A DNA stretch of 33,866 nt, from the IMG/VR virus record IMGVR_UViG_3300032225_002000, positions 1-33,866 of that record. The stretch is one strand, 5' to 3'. Below are positions 9,024-17,719 of the stretch, one piece after another. Position numbers and translations under genes: made by a program. Under the pieces are notes generated by a model. It did no database searches and was not told where the DNA came from. It worked only from the letters and a program-made list of their open reading frames with translations. Origin of the DNA: a virus (lineage: Duplodnaviria > Caudoviricetes). The stretch's first letter is position 1. The number at the start of each line of letters is the position of its first letter.

Positions 9024-10369
9024 TTATCATTTGTCCCGTATGTTCCGAAAGTATCACTAATCAATTTCATTGAGGTATATGATGCCTCAGTATCAAAATG
9101 ATGGCATAACTCCTTTATCATATATAGACCACTTTGTTCATTATCATACTCTTCATTATTTCCTCTTGAAATTTTTGGAAAATTGCATCTAATAATATCG
9201 CCAGCTTTTAAATTCGTATTTGATCCAACCGTGATGCTCAATGTTTGACTAAAGATCATATTATATCTCATAATTGCCTGAGATTGATATTTAAATGGAT
9301 CAGAATTTGTATCAGTTGAAATTCCCTTTTCTAGTGTACCAATATCTAAAACCTGAGTTAAAAATCTGGTAGGAATATGTCCAATATCGACATTAGAACT
9401 ATTTGCAATTTTTGGCAATTCAAATTTTTGCCCAAGATTTTTTATTCCATTCGTATAATCATCAGTTGTGAATGTACCTTTTTGAGGATCTGTAAATTCA
9501 AATGTTAATGGATTATAAAACATACGATAACTTGAAAAGGCACCTACTCTCAATTGCTCAATTAAATCTGAGTGTGAGTCGGTTTTATACTTCAAAATTG
9601 CAAAGTCATTATCTCTTGTTATTCCAGATTCATTAACTTGAGTATAAGTATATGTTGGAATTTGATCTGGTTTTTGTGAAATTAAACTGTCAATAGATCT
9701 AAATTGAAATCCTTCTTTTGTTTGATAAAATACAAATCCTGCAGTAGAATCTCCAGAAATCTGGGCAGGAACTCCTTTTGACGCTAACCATACTAAAATT
9801 GTAAAGGGTTTTCTTAAATTTCCAATAAATCCATATTTGTTTTGTGTCTTATCAATGGTTCCAATCTTTTCAGTCTTTAAATAGTTTTTAAGAATATCTG
9901 TTACTGATGCATCAATAGTCGAACTTGTGGAATATTTTTTTCCAACTCTTGATGTTTCATTCGTAATTGCTTCTCTTGAAGTTAAGTGTAGAAGGAATGT
10001 TTCTCTCTGAGATTCAGATACAATATCTGTAATACATGAAACATATAGATAATCTTTTTGATTTGTGGCAAAATCCAATCCTGGATTTTTATCAGAATTT
10101 CCTTTGATTTTTAATGAAACTCTCTCACCACCACGAAGAGGAAGACCGTTGTAAATTGATTGCTTTTCACCATCAGGATTTCCTTCCTTATCAGGTGCTT
10201 GAATAGTATCTCCAGTATTAACTACTCTGATTTTGGCAGTAATCGTTGGAGAAAAAATATCTTCATAGTAATCAATTGATACAGTACCTAACCTAATATC
10301 AATTGTTCTTTTTTGATCAGTTGATTCTAATATCAATTCTTCATAAATTGACTTATTAATTGCTGCCAT
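9020..10369 (-). CDS. Baseplate hub protein (gp27-like)
   Basis: IDYYEDIFSPTITA, FVFYQTKEGFQFRSIDSL, LKAGDII..SGLYMIKELCHHF; immediately upstream of gp5, as hub genes are in contractile tails. Confidence 0.7.
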   Translation of the reverse strand: MAAINKSIYEELILESTDQKRTIDIRLGTVSIDYYEDIFSPTITAKIRVVNTGDTIQAPDKEGNPDGEKQSIYNGLPLRGGERVSLKIKGNSDKNPGLDFATNQKDYLYVSCITDIVSESQRETFLLHLTSREAITNETSRVGKKYSTSSTIDASVTDILKNYLKTEKIGTIDKTQNKYGFIGNLRKPFTILVWLASKGVPAQISGDSTAGFVFYQTKEGFQFRSIDSLISQKPDQIPTYTYTQVNESGITRDNDFAILKYKTDSHSDLIEQLRVGAFSSYRMFYNPLTFEFTDPQKGTFTTDDYTNGIKNLGQKFELPKIANSSNVDIGHIPTRFLTQVLDIGTLEKGISTDTNSDPFKYQSQAIMRYNMIFSQTLSITVGSNTNLKAGDIIRCNFPKISRGNNEEYDNEQSGLYMIKELCHHFDTEASYTSMKLISDTFGTYGTNDK

Positions 10370-12288
10370 TATGTGTACGCCAACTCTAAAAGTATTTGAT
10401 TCTTGATCATACTATTTAACGAATCTTCTGCAAGTATTATTTCAAATTCTCCTCCACTACTTTTTGAAGATACTTGTTGAGGTTGAGGTTGTTGAGGATT
10501 ATCTGCAATTATAACTTGTTGACCTCTTCTATTATTGCCAATTGATGGGACATTTTGTCCTTGTGCAGTTGTTGGTGATACTTGTGCTTGTTGAGTTCTT
10601 GGCGTTTGTGCCTGGAATAATCTTGGAGATAGTTGTGTAGGTGATGTTGGTGATGAAACTTGTACTGGTTTATTTGTTGGTGATGATATTAGAGATCCTC
10701 CAAGTTGAGATCCATTAAATCCTCCAGCAATTAAGTCTGCTCTAACTCTAGAACTTAAGATAGTTTCACCTTTTGCATTATCAGTAACACCCTTTTTCGA
10801 TTGATTTGGATAAAATGGAATATCAAATGCTTGATTTGAATAATGATATGAATCACCTGCATGTCTACCAGTGTTTATTGATCCAATTACCCATCCTTTA
10901 CTGGTTAACAATTTTATTGCAGCATCTCTTGTTGCTCTGTTAATAAATGCAAAATGATCATGATAATTTCCTGCGGCATGATCTTTCCTATATTTTTTAT
11001 GTTTTCTATCCCCAGTAAGGTATTCAATAATATTACCACCCTTACCCGATTGTGGTTTTGAAGTAATTGCTAATGCTGGACCAGAAGATCTTTGCCTATC
11101 AAGAGCAGATCCTGCTAATTCTGGAGAAATACTTGCCCTATTTCCACCAGATCCAGCATATCTAGATTGCCCACGACTCCTACCTGCTTCCGAATATTCA
11201 AGACCAACAGAAGCAAACTCTCTTGACAATTGCTGAATTGCTGTTCTTCTATCGTTTGATTTACCACTTATATACGCACCGATCTCTGGTCTTTTTACAT
11301 CAATTAGATAATCAAATAATTTATTTTGAGTTTTGGAATTAAATTTAGCATTTAATGGAGTTTTTGTATAAGAAACTGCTCCTGCCAAAGTTACTGGAAT
11401 AAATTGATATTTTCCTACAGCAAATACCTTCCCCTCCCTTTGAGCTTGCATAATTTCACCAACAGTCACTTCAGATAAATCTTTACCAAAAATAGACTTG
11501 GATCCTCCTGGAGTATCACCAGCGGTTCCTCTATTGACCGAATTTAATCCACCTTCACCTTTTATAATTGTTGATGCAAGTTCTTGATATTTTGATCCTC
11601 CACCTTGGCCACCACCAGTAGTAGGAGCAGGTTGAGTATAATCCGTATTCAATTCTGGAATTAGTTCTTCTCCAGGGCCTTCTCCAAGGGGAACTTTAAG
11701 TAAATCAAATCCTTCCATAAATTGATCATGCATCAAATCAAAATTGTCATTCAAATCATCAATAGCAGTTTGAACTCTTTTTGAGTGATCCATAAAATCA
11801 AATTGAGTAACATTTTGATAAACTGCATAAAGAAGATTTCCAAAATTTTCAAATGTATTTGTAAGATTTGACATAAATCCAGTTAATACGCCATATAAAG
11901 ATTTAATCCTAATAATTAAATCTTCAATTGCTGTCATGATTGTTGGTAAGTTATAAACTAACCAACCAAGTAAAAGACTAGATGAAAAATCTAATATCCT
12001 ATCAAGAAATCCCCTTGTACTATTTCCAATTATTGAACTAGTTCTTTTAAATGCACCATTTGGACTAGAAGCCTCAACTAAACTTTCTTGTTCTCTCAGT
12101 TTAATTTTTTCTTCTCTCATATTACTAAGCATTCTATTTCTAGCAATAGATTCTCTTTTTATTTTTACTGTATTAAGAGAAGCAGTTTTTATAGTATCTG
12201 AAGAATTTTTTAATTTTCCCAATCCCGTATTAAGGGATACCATTCCACCAGATACTTTATCAAAATTAATTGTAGATTTAATTGCCAT
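10369..12288 (-). CDS. Tape-measure-like protein with lytic transglycosylase-like and Zn-peptidase-like domains
   Basis: Helical N-terminal third with hydrophobic segment; IIKGEGG..AVGKYQFIPVTL..TQNKL..LSREFASV resembles lambda-R/GH104 lysozymes; HDH and HYSNQAFD motifs; Q/P/S-rich tail. Confidence 0.7.
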   Translation of the reverse strand: MAIKSTINFDKVSGGMVSLNTGLGKLKNSSDTIKTASLNTVKIKRESIARNRMLSNMREEKIKLREQESLVEASSPNGAFKRTSSIIGNSTRGFLDRILDFSSSLLLGWLVYNLPTIMTAIEDLIIRIKSLYGVLTGFMSNLTNTFENFGNLLYAVYQNVTQFDFMDHSKRVQTAIDDLNDNFDLMHDQFMEGFDLLKVPLGEGPGEELIPELNTDYTQPAPTTGGGQGGGSKYQELASTIIKGEGGLNSVNRGTAGDTPGGSKSIFGKDLSEVTVGEIMQAQREGKVFAVGKYQFIPVTLAGAVSYTKTPLNAKFNSKTQNKLFDYLIDVKRPEIGAYISGKSNDRRTAIQQLSREFASVGLEYSEAGRSRGQSRYAGSGGNRASISPELAGSALDRQRSSGPALAITSKPQSGKGGNIIEYLTGDRKHKKYRKDHAAGNYHDHFAFINRATRDAAIKLLTSKGWVIGSINTGRHAGDSYHYSNQAFDIPFYPNQSKKGVTDNAKGETILSSRVRADLIAGGFNGSQLGGSLISSPTNKPVQVSSPTSPTQLSPRLFQAQTPRTQQAQVSPTTAQGQNVPSIGNNRRGQQVIIADNPQQPQPQQVSSKSSGGEFEIILAEDSLNSMIKNQILLELAYT

Positions 12289-12289
12289 A

Positions 12290-13993
12290 TTACATCACCA
12301 CATTATAATTAATCTGCGAATATAGTGTATAAAAATTATCAGGATTCGAAGAAGAAATAGCAGGCACATCACTTGCAGGCCCACTTTTCAATGGTTGTTG
12401 TGGTGGTGGAGTAGATGAACCGGAAGATGCATAAACAATAGTTGGTTTTGGATCCGGTTCTGGCCCAACATTAAATGGTAAAGTTGAAATTTTTGATGTT
12501 TGTGCTGGGGTTATTTCGGGTGCTTTCTGAGATGAGGTATTAATATCAGGTAATCTCATTTCTCTCCAATCATATCCCTTTGATGTTGCCCAATCTTTAG
12601 CTTGCTGTTTTTCTGCATCACTCATTTTATTCCAAGCACCTTCTATTCTTCCTCTCGCTAAAGGATTATCTTTATATTGCCATGCTTTTTCAAATTGCTT
12701 TACTCTTTCGGGATCTGGTTGATTAATCTGTAAACTACTTGCAGGAGGAGTCATTGGAGTTGTTGGAGTAGATCTAGCAACTTCTGGGGGTTTATTTTCT
12801 TTAACAGGTTTATTTTCTTCGGGCGGTTTGTTTTCTTTAACAGGTTTATTTACTTCTGCAGGTTTATTAGCTCCAGTAAGAGCATCAGACCCCATCCCAC
12901 CAAGAACATATCCACCAACACCAAGTGCGGGCATAGCTAAAAGTTTTGTCCATCCTGGAAATTTTGATCCGAGTTTTATACCAACTTCGGATGCAAGTAC
13001 ACTACTTACTGCACCACCTCCTGCCTGAATATTTGTTTGCCCCTGACCCTTTCTTTGCATAAAATCAAATGCACCAAGAATAGGATTAATAAACGGTGAA
13101 GCAAATTTTGCAACTCCTTTAAATGCCTTACCAATATTTTCAAGAAATCCTCCTATTCCGCCTTTTGTAGCACCTTCAGCAGCTGCTACAGATCCTCTTG
13201 CTGCAGTTACTGATGTCTTAACACCAGTTATTGCCTTACCAGTACCTTTAATAAGACTTAAAATTCCTCCAAAAAGTTTTCCAACTGTATTTTTAAGTAT
13301 AAATCCTGCAATTTTTGTTGAAAGTTTAGTAATAGTGCCAATAAATCTAAATATACCAAAATTAATAATGCCAAATATTCCACCGGCAATTAACAGATTC
13401 TTAATTACAGATTTTTTAATATCATCAAGACTCTTTTTATTATCATTCTGATAGTCCTTAAGTAACTTAATTCCTTCAAGGGTTAACCATCCACCAAGTA
13501 ATGTTTGTATGAATCCCATCAAATTCTGAAATCCAAACGCAACCTTACTTCCAATACGATTTACTGGTTCAGATAAAGCACTCTGAATTTTAGATTCTAA
13601 AATACTTTCTTGCCCCTGTCTTGCCCCCGCTTCTGCCAATCTTTTTTCATTTTGTTCATCATAAAGATCTTTTTGCCTTTCAATTACATTTTCATTTGTA
13701 ATTATGGTTGCAACGGATTCTAAAGTATTATCAACTTTACCTAGTTGAAGTTTTATATTATCAATTTGATCTAGAAAAGATTTTTGAAAATTTGCAAAAG
13801 CTCCAATATTACTAATATTACTTTTATTTAATTCACTAACTTGATTTTGTAATGATGTTACTGAGAATGAAAGTGATTGTAGTGTTGATTTTGTTTCTGG
13901 ATCTGATCCATTTCCACTAAAAATATTTCCAGATACAGTAGTTTGATTGATACCGTCAATAGAATTAGAAAGTGGGGATGGTAGAACAGCCAT
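12290..13993 (-). CDS. Putative tape measure protein (gp29-like)
   Basis: 567 aa; coiled-coil N-terminus, Gly-rich amphipathic/hydrophobic middle, Pro-rich C-terminus; directly downstream of gp26/gp51-like genes. Confidence 0.6.
   Translation of the reverse strand: MAVLPSPLSNSIDGINQTTVSGNIFSGNGSDPETKSTLQSLSFSVTSLQNQVSELNKSNISNIGAFANFQKSFLDQIDNIKLQLGKVDNTLESVATIITNENVIERQKDLYDEQNEKRLAEAGARQGQESILESKIQSALSEPVNRIGSKVAFGFQNLMGFIQTLLGGWLTLEGIKLLKDYQNDNKKSLDDIKKSVIKNLLIAGGIFGIINFGIFRFIGTITKLSTKIAGFILKNTVGKLFGGILSLIKGTGKAITGVKTSVTAARGSVAAAEGATKGGIGGFLENIGKAFKGVAKFASPFINPILGAFDFMQRKGQGQTNIQAGGGAVSSVLASEVGIKLGSKFPGWTKLLAMPALGVGGYVLGGMGSDALTGANKPAEVNKPVKENKPPEENKPVKENKPPEVARSTPTTPMTPPASSLQINQPDPERVKQFEKAWQYKDNPLARGRIEGAWNKMSDAEKQQAKDWATSKGYDWREMRLPDINTSSQKAPEITPAQTSKISTLPFNVGPEPDPKPTIVYASSGSSTPPPQQPLKSGPASDVPAISSSNPDNFYTLYSQINYNVVM
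12780..12869. repeat. 18-nt tandem repeat encoding NKPxxE/V hexapeptides (5 copies)
   Basis: Protein NKPAEV NKPVKE NKPPEE NKPVKE NKPPEV. Confidence 0.8.
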
Positions 13994-14163
13994 TAGGATT
14001 GTTGATTTTTAAGATTTTCTTCTTCAATGTACTGTTGCAATAATGTAACATAAATTTCTCTCTCCCAAGGTATCATTTCTTCTATCTCTGTCAAAGACCA
14101 CTTGTGGTGCTGAACTAGGGCAAAATTTGTTTTATAGTATGACGCAAGATCAGTATGAGCCAT
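13993..14163 (-). CDS. gp51: Small gp51-like baseplate hub assembly ORF (56 aa); probably the frameshift extension of gp26
   Basis: Missing from ORF track. MAHTDLASYYKTNFALVQHHKWSLTEIEEMIPWEREIYVTLLQQYIEEENLKNQQS*; TAATG overlap with the next gene. Confidence 0.85.
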   Translation of the reverse strand: MAHTDLASYYKTNFALVQHHKWSLTEIEEMIPWEREIYVTLLQQYIEEENLKNQQS

Positions 14164-14193
14164 ACTTAACCGAAAAAAGCAGAGAGTCCCTCC
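14152..14193 (-). promoter_or_regulatory. Putative programmed -1 ribosomal frameshift signal
   Basis: GGAGG (14193-14189), 10-nt spacer, T_TTT_TTC (14178-14172) in the correct codon phase, 5-nt spacer, hairpin AGTATG-GCT-CATACT (14166-14152). Confidence 0.7.
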
Positions 14194-14885
14194 AATACTA
14201 CCTCACTCTCAACTTTGGTATTAGGATTTATAATTTTGATAGTATGTGAAAGTTTTGGCATGGTATCAAAGAATTTTTCAACTTCTTTGAATTGACTAGA
14301 GTTTAATTGCTCAACAAATTCTAAAAGTTCTTTCTTTGGAGTATCACTTCCAGTCCAAGACTCTTCCTCCGAATATATTTGATCAATACAAGAAGCAATC
14401 AAATCAAAAGATTCATTAATACCAATTCCATCGGTACTATTAAAATTATTCTTAACAAATTCTGACATAGAAGGATATTTCATTCTCATAGTTAAAATAT
14501 CATCTAATTTAATATCTCTATTATGACCTTCTTGTTCTTGAACTTCAATTTCATCAAGATTGATACTCACGGGAACTTTAGTTGTGCCATCATCTGGGCA
14601 TGTAATAAAAACATCTACACTTTCACCAACTGACTTTCCTCTAAAATTGAGGAACATATATTCGATGTCAAATGTTGAGAGATTTTCTATTTTAATACCC
14701 TTACTTAAAATACAATTTGAAATCACAGTTTTAACCGCATTTGCAATTTGTTTACTATCCTCACTTTCCATTGCAATAATCAGGATTTTTTCTTCTTTAA
14801 CTAGAAATGGACGGTATCTAATTTCCTTCTTTAGTGATGGAATCTCCAGTTCATAAATTGGCGTTGAAATTTTTGGTAAAGGCAT
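14166..14885 (-). CDS. gp26: Baseplate hub assembly protein gp26
   Basis: MPLPKISTPIYEL..IRYRPFLVKEEKIL..FDIEYMFL..RGKSVGE..MKYP..LEGLSAFF typical of T4-like gp26. Confidence 0.9.
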   Translation of the reverse strand: MPLPKISTPIYELEIPSLKKEIRYRPFLVKEEKILIIAMESEDSKQIANAVKTVISNCILSKGIKIENLSTFDIEYMFLNFRGKSVGESVDVFITCPDDGTTKVPVSINLDEIEVQEQEGHNRDIKLDDILTMRMKYPSMSEFVKNNFNSTDGIGINESFDLIASCIDQIYSEEESWTGSDTPKKELLEFVEQLNSSQFKEVEKFFDTMPKLSHTIKIINPNTKVESEVVLEGLSAFFG

Positions 14886-14911
14886 AATGTTTTACAAAAT
14901 TCATATATCTC

Positions 14912-14923
14912 TATTTATTTATC
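14912..14923 (-). promoter_or_regulatory. T4-type late promoter(s) for gp26 operon
   Basis: Overlapping GATAAATA/AATAAATA about 27-30 nt upstream of the gp26 ATG. Confidence 0.65.
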
Positions 14924-15773
14924 AGTTGGTATTGAACCATCCACTATCATTTGGACTTGTACTGTTAGAAACTTTTTTTGCATCTGGATTATTATTGATA
15001 GATCCACCAATTCCTCTGGGTCTTGGATCATCCAATCTTCCCGTACCCTCATTACGATTTCTCCATAATAATTCATCTCTTCCAGTTGCAAGTCTATTGG
15101 AGTTATTTTTAGATGTAGATGCTGTTATATTTTCTGGTACTAAGTTATTGCTTCTTACTTGAAAAACATCCAAACTTCTAGTAGAACCACAAACATATCT
15201 TTCATAACTAAATGATGCAGTCACAGTTAATATTTGAGAATCATTATAAGATACTGGAACAGAAGACATTGAAGTTGGAAATAGTCCGTAAAAATTATAT
15301 TCAATTTCACTTCTATAATCTCTATCAAATTTTAATATTTTAACTGCATCACATTTATAATCTATCGGATATTTCATTCTGAAAAAATATCCTCCATCCG
15401 TATTCGATATTCCAGATGCACTAGAAATAAACTCAATCCAGTGCTCCAAAAATTTAATCATTTTATATTCTTTATCAACATAAAATGTCAAATCAATCGG
15501 AGTAAACATTCTAGTATGAGCTATTCTCTCAGTGACTCCAGTAACATCACCAACAATGTCTGATGTAGCTAAAGCACTACCAGGCAATGATGCAGAAGAA
15601 CATAATAATCCGGCATTTTCAGCAACAAATCTCCAACCAATACCCCTAGCATTTAAGTAGTCTTTAAGAGGGCGCCCCAATCCTCCGAAACTTACTTGAT
15701 AATGACTAGTCTGTGCAAGATTACCAAAAATTGGTTTAATTTCTGATATTTTGCGAGGGCGGGCAATAGACAC
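14922..15773 (-). CDS. Tail-tube-fold protein (gp54/gp19-like tube initiator)
   Basis: LCSSASLPG..HTRMFTPIDLTFYVD..FLEHW..LFPTSMSSVPVSY..LTVTASFSYERY. Start moved to GTG at 15773 because the longer ORF overlaps gp4 and a late promoter lies at 15803-15810. Confidence 0.7.
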   Translation of the reverse strand: MSIARPRKISEIKPIFGNLAQTSHYQVSFGGLGRPLKDYLNARGIGWRFVAENAGLLCSSASLPGSALATSDIVGDVTGVTERIAHTRMFTPIDLTFYVDKEYKMIKFLEHWIEFISSASGISNTDGGYFFRMKYPIDYKCDAVKILKFDRDYRSEIEYNFYGLFPTSMSSVPVSYNDSQILTVTASFSYERYVCGSTRSLDVFQVRSNNLVPENITASTSKNNSNRLATGRDELLWRNRNEGTGRLDDPRPRGIGGSINNNPDAKKVSNSTSPNDSGWFNTN

Positions 15774-15781
15774 TCTAAATA
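15774..15781 (+). promoter_or_regulatory. Late promoter TCTAAATA for gp4
   Basis: 28 nt upstream of the gp4 ATG; same octamer precedes several other genes. Confidence 0.6.
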
Positions 15782-15802
15782 CTACTAAGGTCTTAATATA
15801 CT

Positions 15803-15810
15803 TATTTAGA
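15803..15810 (-). promoter_or_regulatory. Late promoter TCTAAATA for tail-tube-like gene
   Basis: 29 nt upstream of GTG 15773. Confidence 0.6.
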
Positions 15811-16247
15811 TGTCTTATAAAGGAAAATATCAACCAGTCAATCCCAAAAAATATAAAGGAGACTTCCAAAAAATTGTTTATAGATCTTTATGGGAAAGAA
15901 AATTTATGAAATATTGTGATACTAATGAGAATATTTTGGAATGGTCCTCAGAAGAAATATCCTTCCCTTACTTTGATCCAACAACAAATAAAGTAAGAAG
16001 ATACTTTCCCGATTTTCATATCAAAGTAAGAGAAAGTAATGGTGAAATTAAAAAATATTTGATTGAAATTAAACCTAAGAAGCAAACAGTAGAACCAATA
16101 CCACAAAAAAGAAAGACGAAGGGATATATTTATGAGGTTTATGAGTATGCAAAGAATCAGGCGAAATGGAAATCTGCAGAAGAATACTGTAAAGATCGTC
16201 AATGGGAATTTAAAATTTTCACAGAAGAACATTTGGGGATTAGGTAA
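15810..16247 (+). CDS. gp4: Head completion nuclease gp4
   Basis: YKGKYQPVNPKKYKGD..IVYRSLWERKFM..WSSEE..RYFPDF..IEIKP..NQAKW..FKIFTE is the T4 gp4 TnsA-like pattern. Confidence 0.92.
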   Translation: MSYKGKYQPVNPKKYKGDFQKIVYRSLWERKFMKYCDTNENILEWSSEEISFPYFDPTTNKVRRYFPDFHIKVRESNGEIKKYLIEIKPKKQTVEPIPQKRKTKGYIYEVYEYAKNQAKWKSAEEYCKDRQWEFKIFTEEHLGIR

Positions 16248-16801
16248 TGGCACTCACCGGATACGAAAAACCAATAGAACAATACAGTAAAAATGAATTA
16301 GTTCAAATTGCTAAAAAATATACCATATATTATCAAACAGATTCTGGACAAGGATCTACTAGTAATTATGATAGATTAACAAAAGATAAATTAATCTCGA
16401 TTATAAAATCTGATAAAGATTATCAAAACTCTGCTCCACCACCTGAAAATCTAAGCAGAGTTGAAATGATGATGAAAAGAATTTCAATAGGAACTGATAC
16501 TCCAGATGAAATTATGGCAGTTATTCAGGAAGTTTTTGATGATACAGATCCATATCCAAGACCAGGAAATATATACACTTTCGTATATAAAGCAACTACT
16601 CCAAGAATTCTTTATGATAAGCATCCATTATTAATGGTTGAATCATTAAATCCCCCATACTTCAGTGGATATAATGTTCATTGGCCTGATCATAGGAATT
16701 ATGTTTTGGAAGGAGTTGGAAGTTCATTTCATAAGGTTCAAAGAGGTGAAGAATTTGACTATCTTCATGATGTACCATATACTGAAATAATAAGAACATA
16801 G
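16247..16801 (+). CDS. gp2-like DNA end protector domain protein with N-terminal helical extension
   Basis: PGNIYTFVYKATT..YDKHPL..FSGYNVHW resembles the gp2 core; follows gp4 with TAATG overlap. Confidence 0.55.
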   Translation: MALTGYEKPIEQYSKNELVQIAKKYTIYYQTDSGQGSTSNYDRLTKDKLISIIKSDKDYQNSAPPPENLSRVEMMMKRISIGTDTPDEIMAVIQEVFDDTDPYPRPGNIYTFVYKATTPRILYDKHPLLMVESLNPPYFSGYNVHWPDHRNYVLEGVGSSFHKVQRGEEFDYLHDVPYTEIIRT

Positions 16802-16809
16802 TCTAAATA
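16802..16809 (+). promoter_or_regulatory. Late promoter TCTAAATA for gp48-gp53
   Basis: In the intergenic gap, 13 nt before the ATG. Confidence 0.6.
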
Positions 16810-16822
16810 GTTAAAAAAATAA

Positions 16823-17719
16823 ATGGCACTTAACGGATCTTATAGATATCCACGAAAAAAAATTGATGAGCATGATGATTATCTGAGAATTCTTATTGTT
16901 GATTATGTTCCTCCAGGATTAGGTGCAGAAACAGCAATTGATATTATCCAAAAAACTGCCACTAAAGCATTGGAAGACAGTGGAAGTTTAAAAAATCCAT
17001 TATATCAGATTCTTCTTCCTATGCCACAAGGAATTAGTGATAATAATATGGTTAGTTGGGGTGATGATAGTTTAAATCCTCTAGCAGCTAGTGGTGTTCA
17101 AGCTGCAGAAAGCGCCATGAAAGGAGATGTTAAAGGAGCAGTAAGTAACTTTTTATCACAAATAAAAAATGTTGCTACTAATGGAAATGGGCAAGATGCA
17201 GTTACTAATTTCTTCGCTGCAATGGCAGTAAATAACTTTGGCGCTAACGTAAGTGGAGAAAGTCTTCTTACAAGATCATCTGGTCAAGTTATTAATCCAA
17301 ATATGGAACTACTCTTTAAGGGAGTGCAGTTAAGATCATTTAATTTCTCATTCAATCTTGCGCCAAGAGAAGAAAAAGAATCAATAGAAGTTAAAAATAT
17401 TATAAGAACCTTTAAAAAATCAATGGCTGCTAAAACTTCAAGTGGTGCTGGTGCTGGACTGTTTATTAGTTCCCCAAGCATATTTCAACTTGAATATCGA
17501 AGTGGAAATGTATCACATCCCTTCCTTCATTCATTTAAACCATGTGCATTGGTTGGTATGAGCGTTGATTATACCGGATCTGGTGCTTATGCAACTTATG
17601 AAGATGCAACTCCAGTTCATATGAAACTCAATCTTTCATTTCAAGAACTGAATCCAGTTTACTTTAGTGATTATAAAGATGAAAAAGATCTTACCGATGC
17701 AGATGGAGTTGGATACTAA
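16823..17719 (+). CDS. gp48: Baseplate tail tube cap gp48
   Basis: YRYP..ILLPMPQGISD..INPNMELLFKGVQLRSFNFSFNLAPREEKE..IIRTFKK..KPCAL..VDY..LSFQEL. Confidence 0.88.
   Translation: MALNGSYRYPRKKIDEHDDYLRILIVDYVPPGLGAETAIDIIQKTATKALEDSGSLKNPLYQILLPMPQGISDNNMVSWGDDSLNPLAASGVQAAESAMKGDVKGAVSNFLSQIKNVATNGNGQDAVTNFFAAMAVNNFGANVSGESLLTRSSGQVINPNMELLFKGVQLRSFNFSFNLAPREEKESIEVKNIIRTFKKSMAAKTSSGAGAGLFISSPSIFQLEYRSGNVSHPFLHSFKPCALVGMSVDYTGSGAYATYEDATPVHMKLNLSFQELNPVYFSDYKDEKDLTDADGVGY

Noticed and set aside
15774-15869. N-terminal extension of the tube-like ORF as given in the track
   Set aside because: Overlaps gp4 on the other strand and lies upstream of the likely promoter; GTG 15773 fits better.
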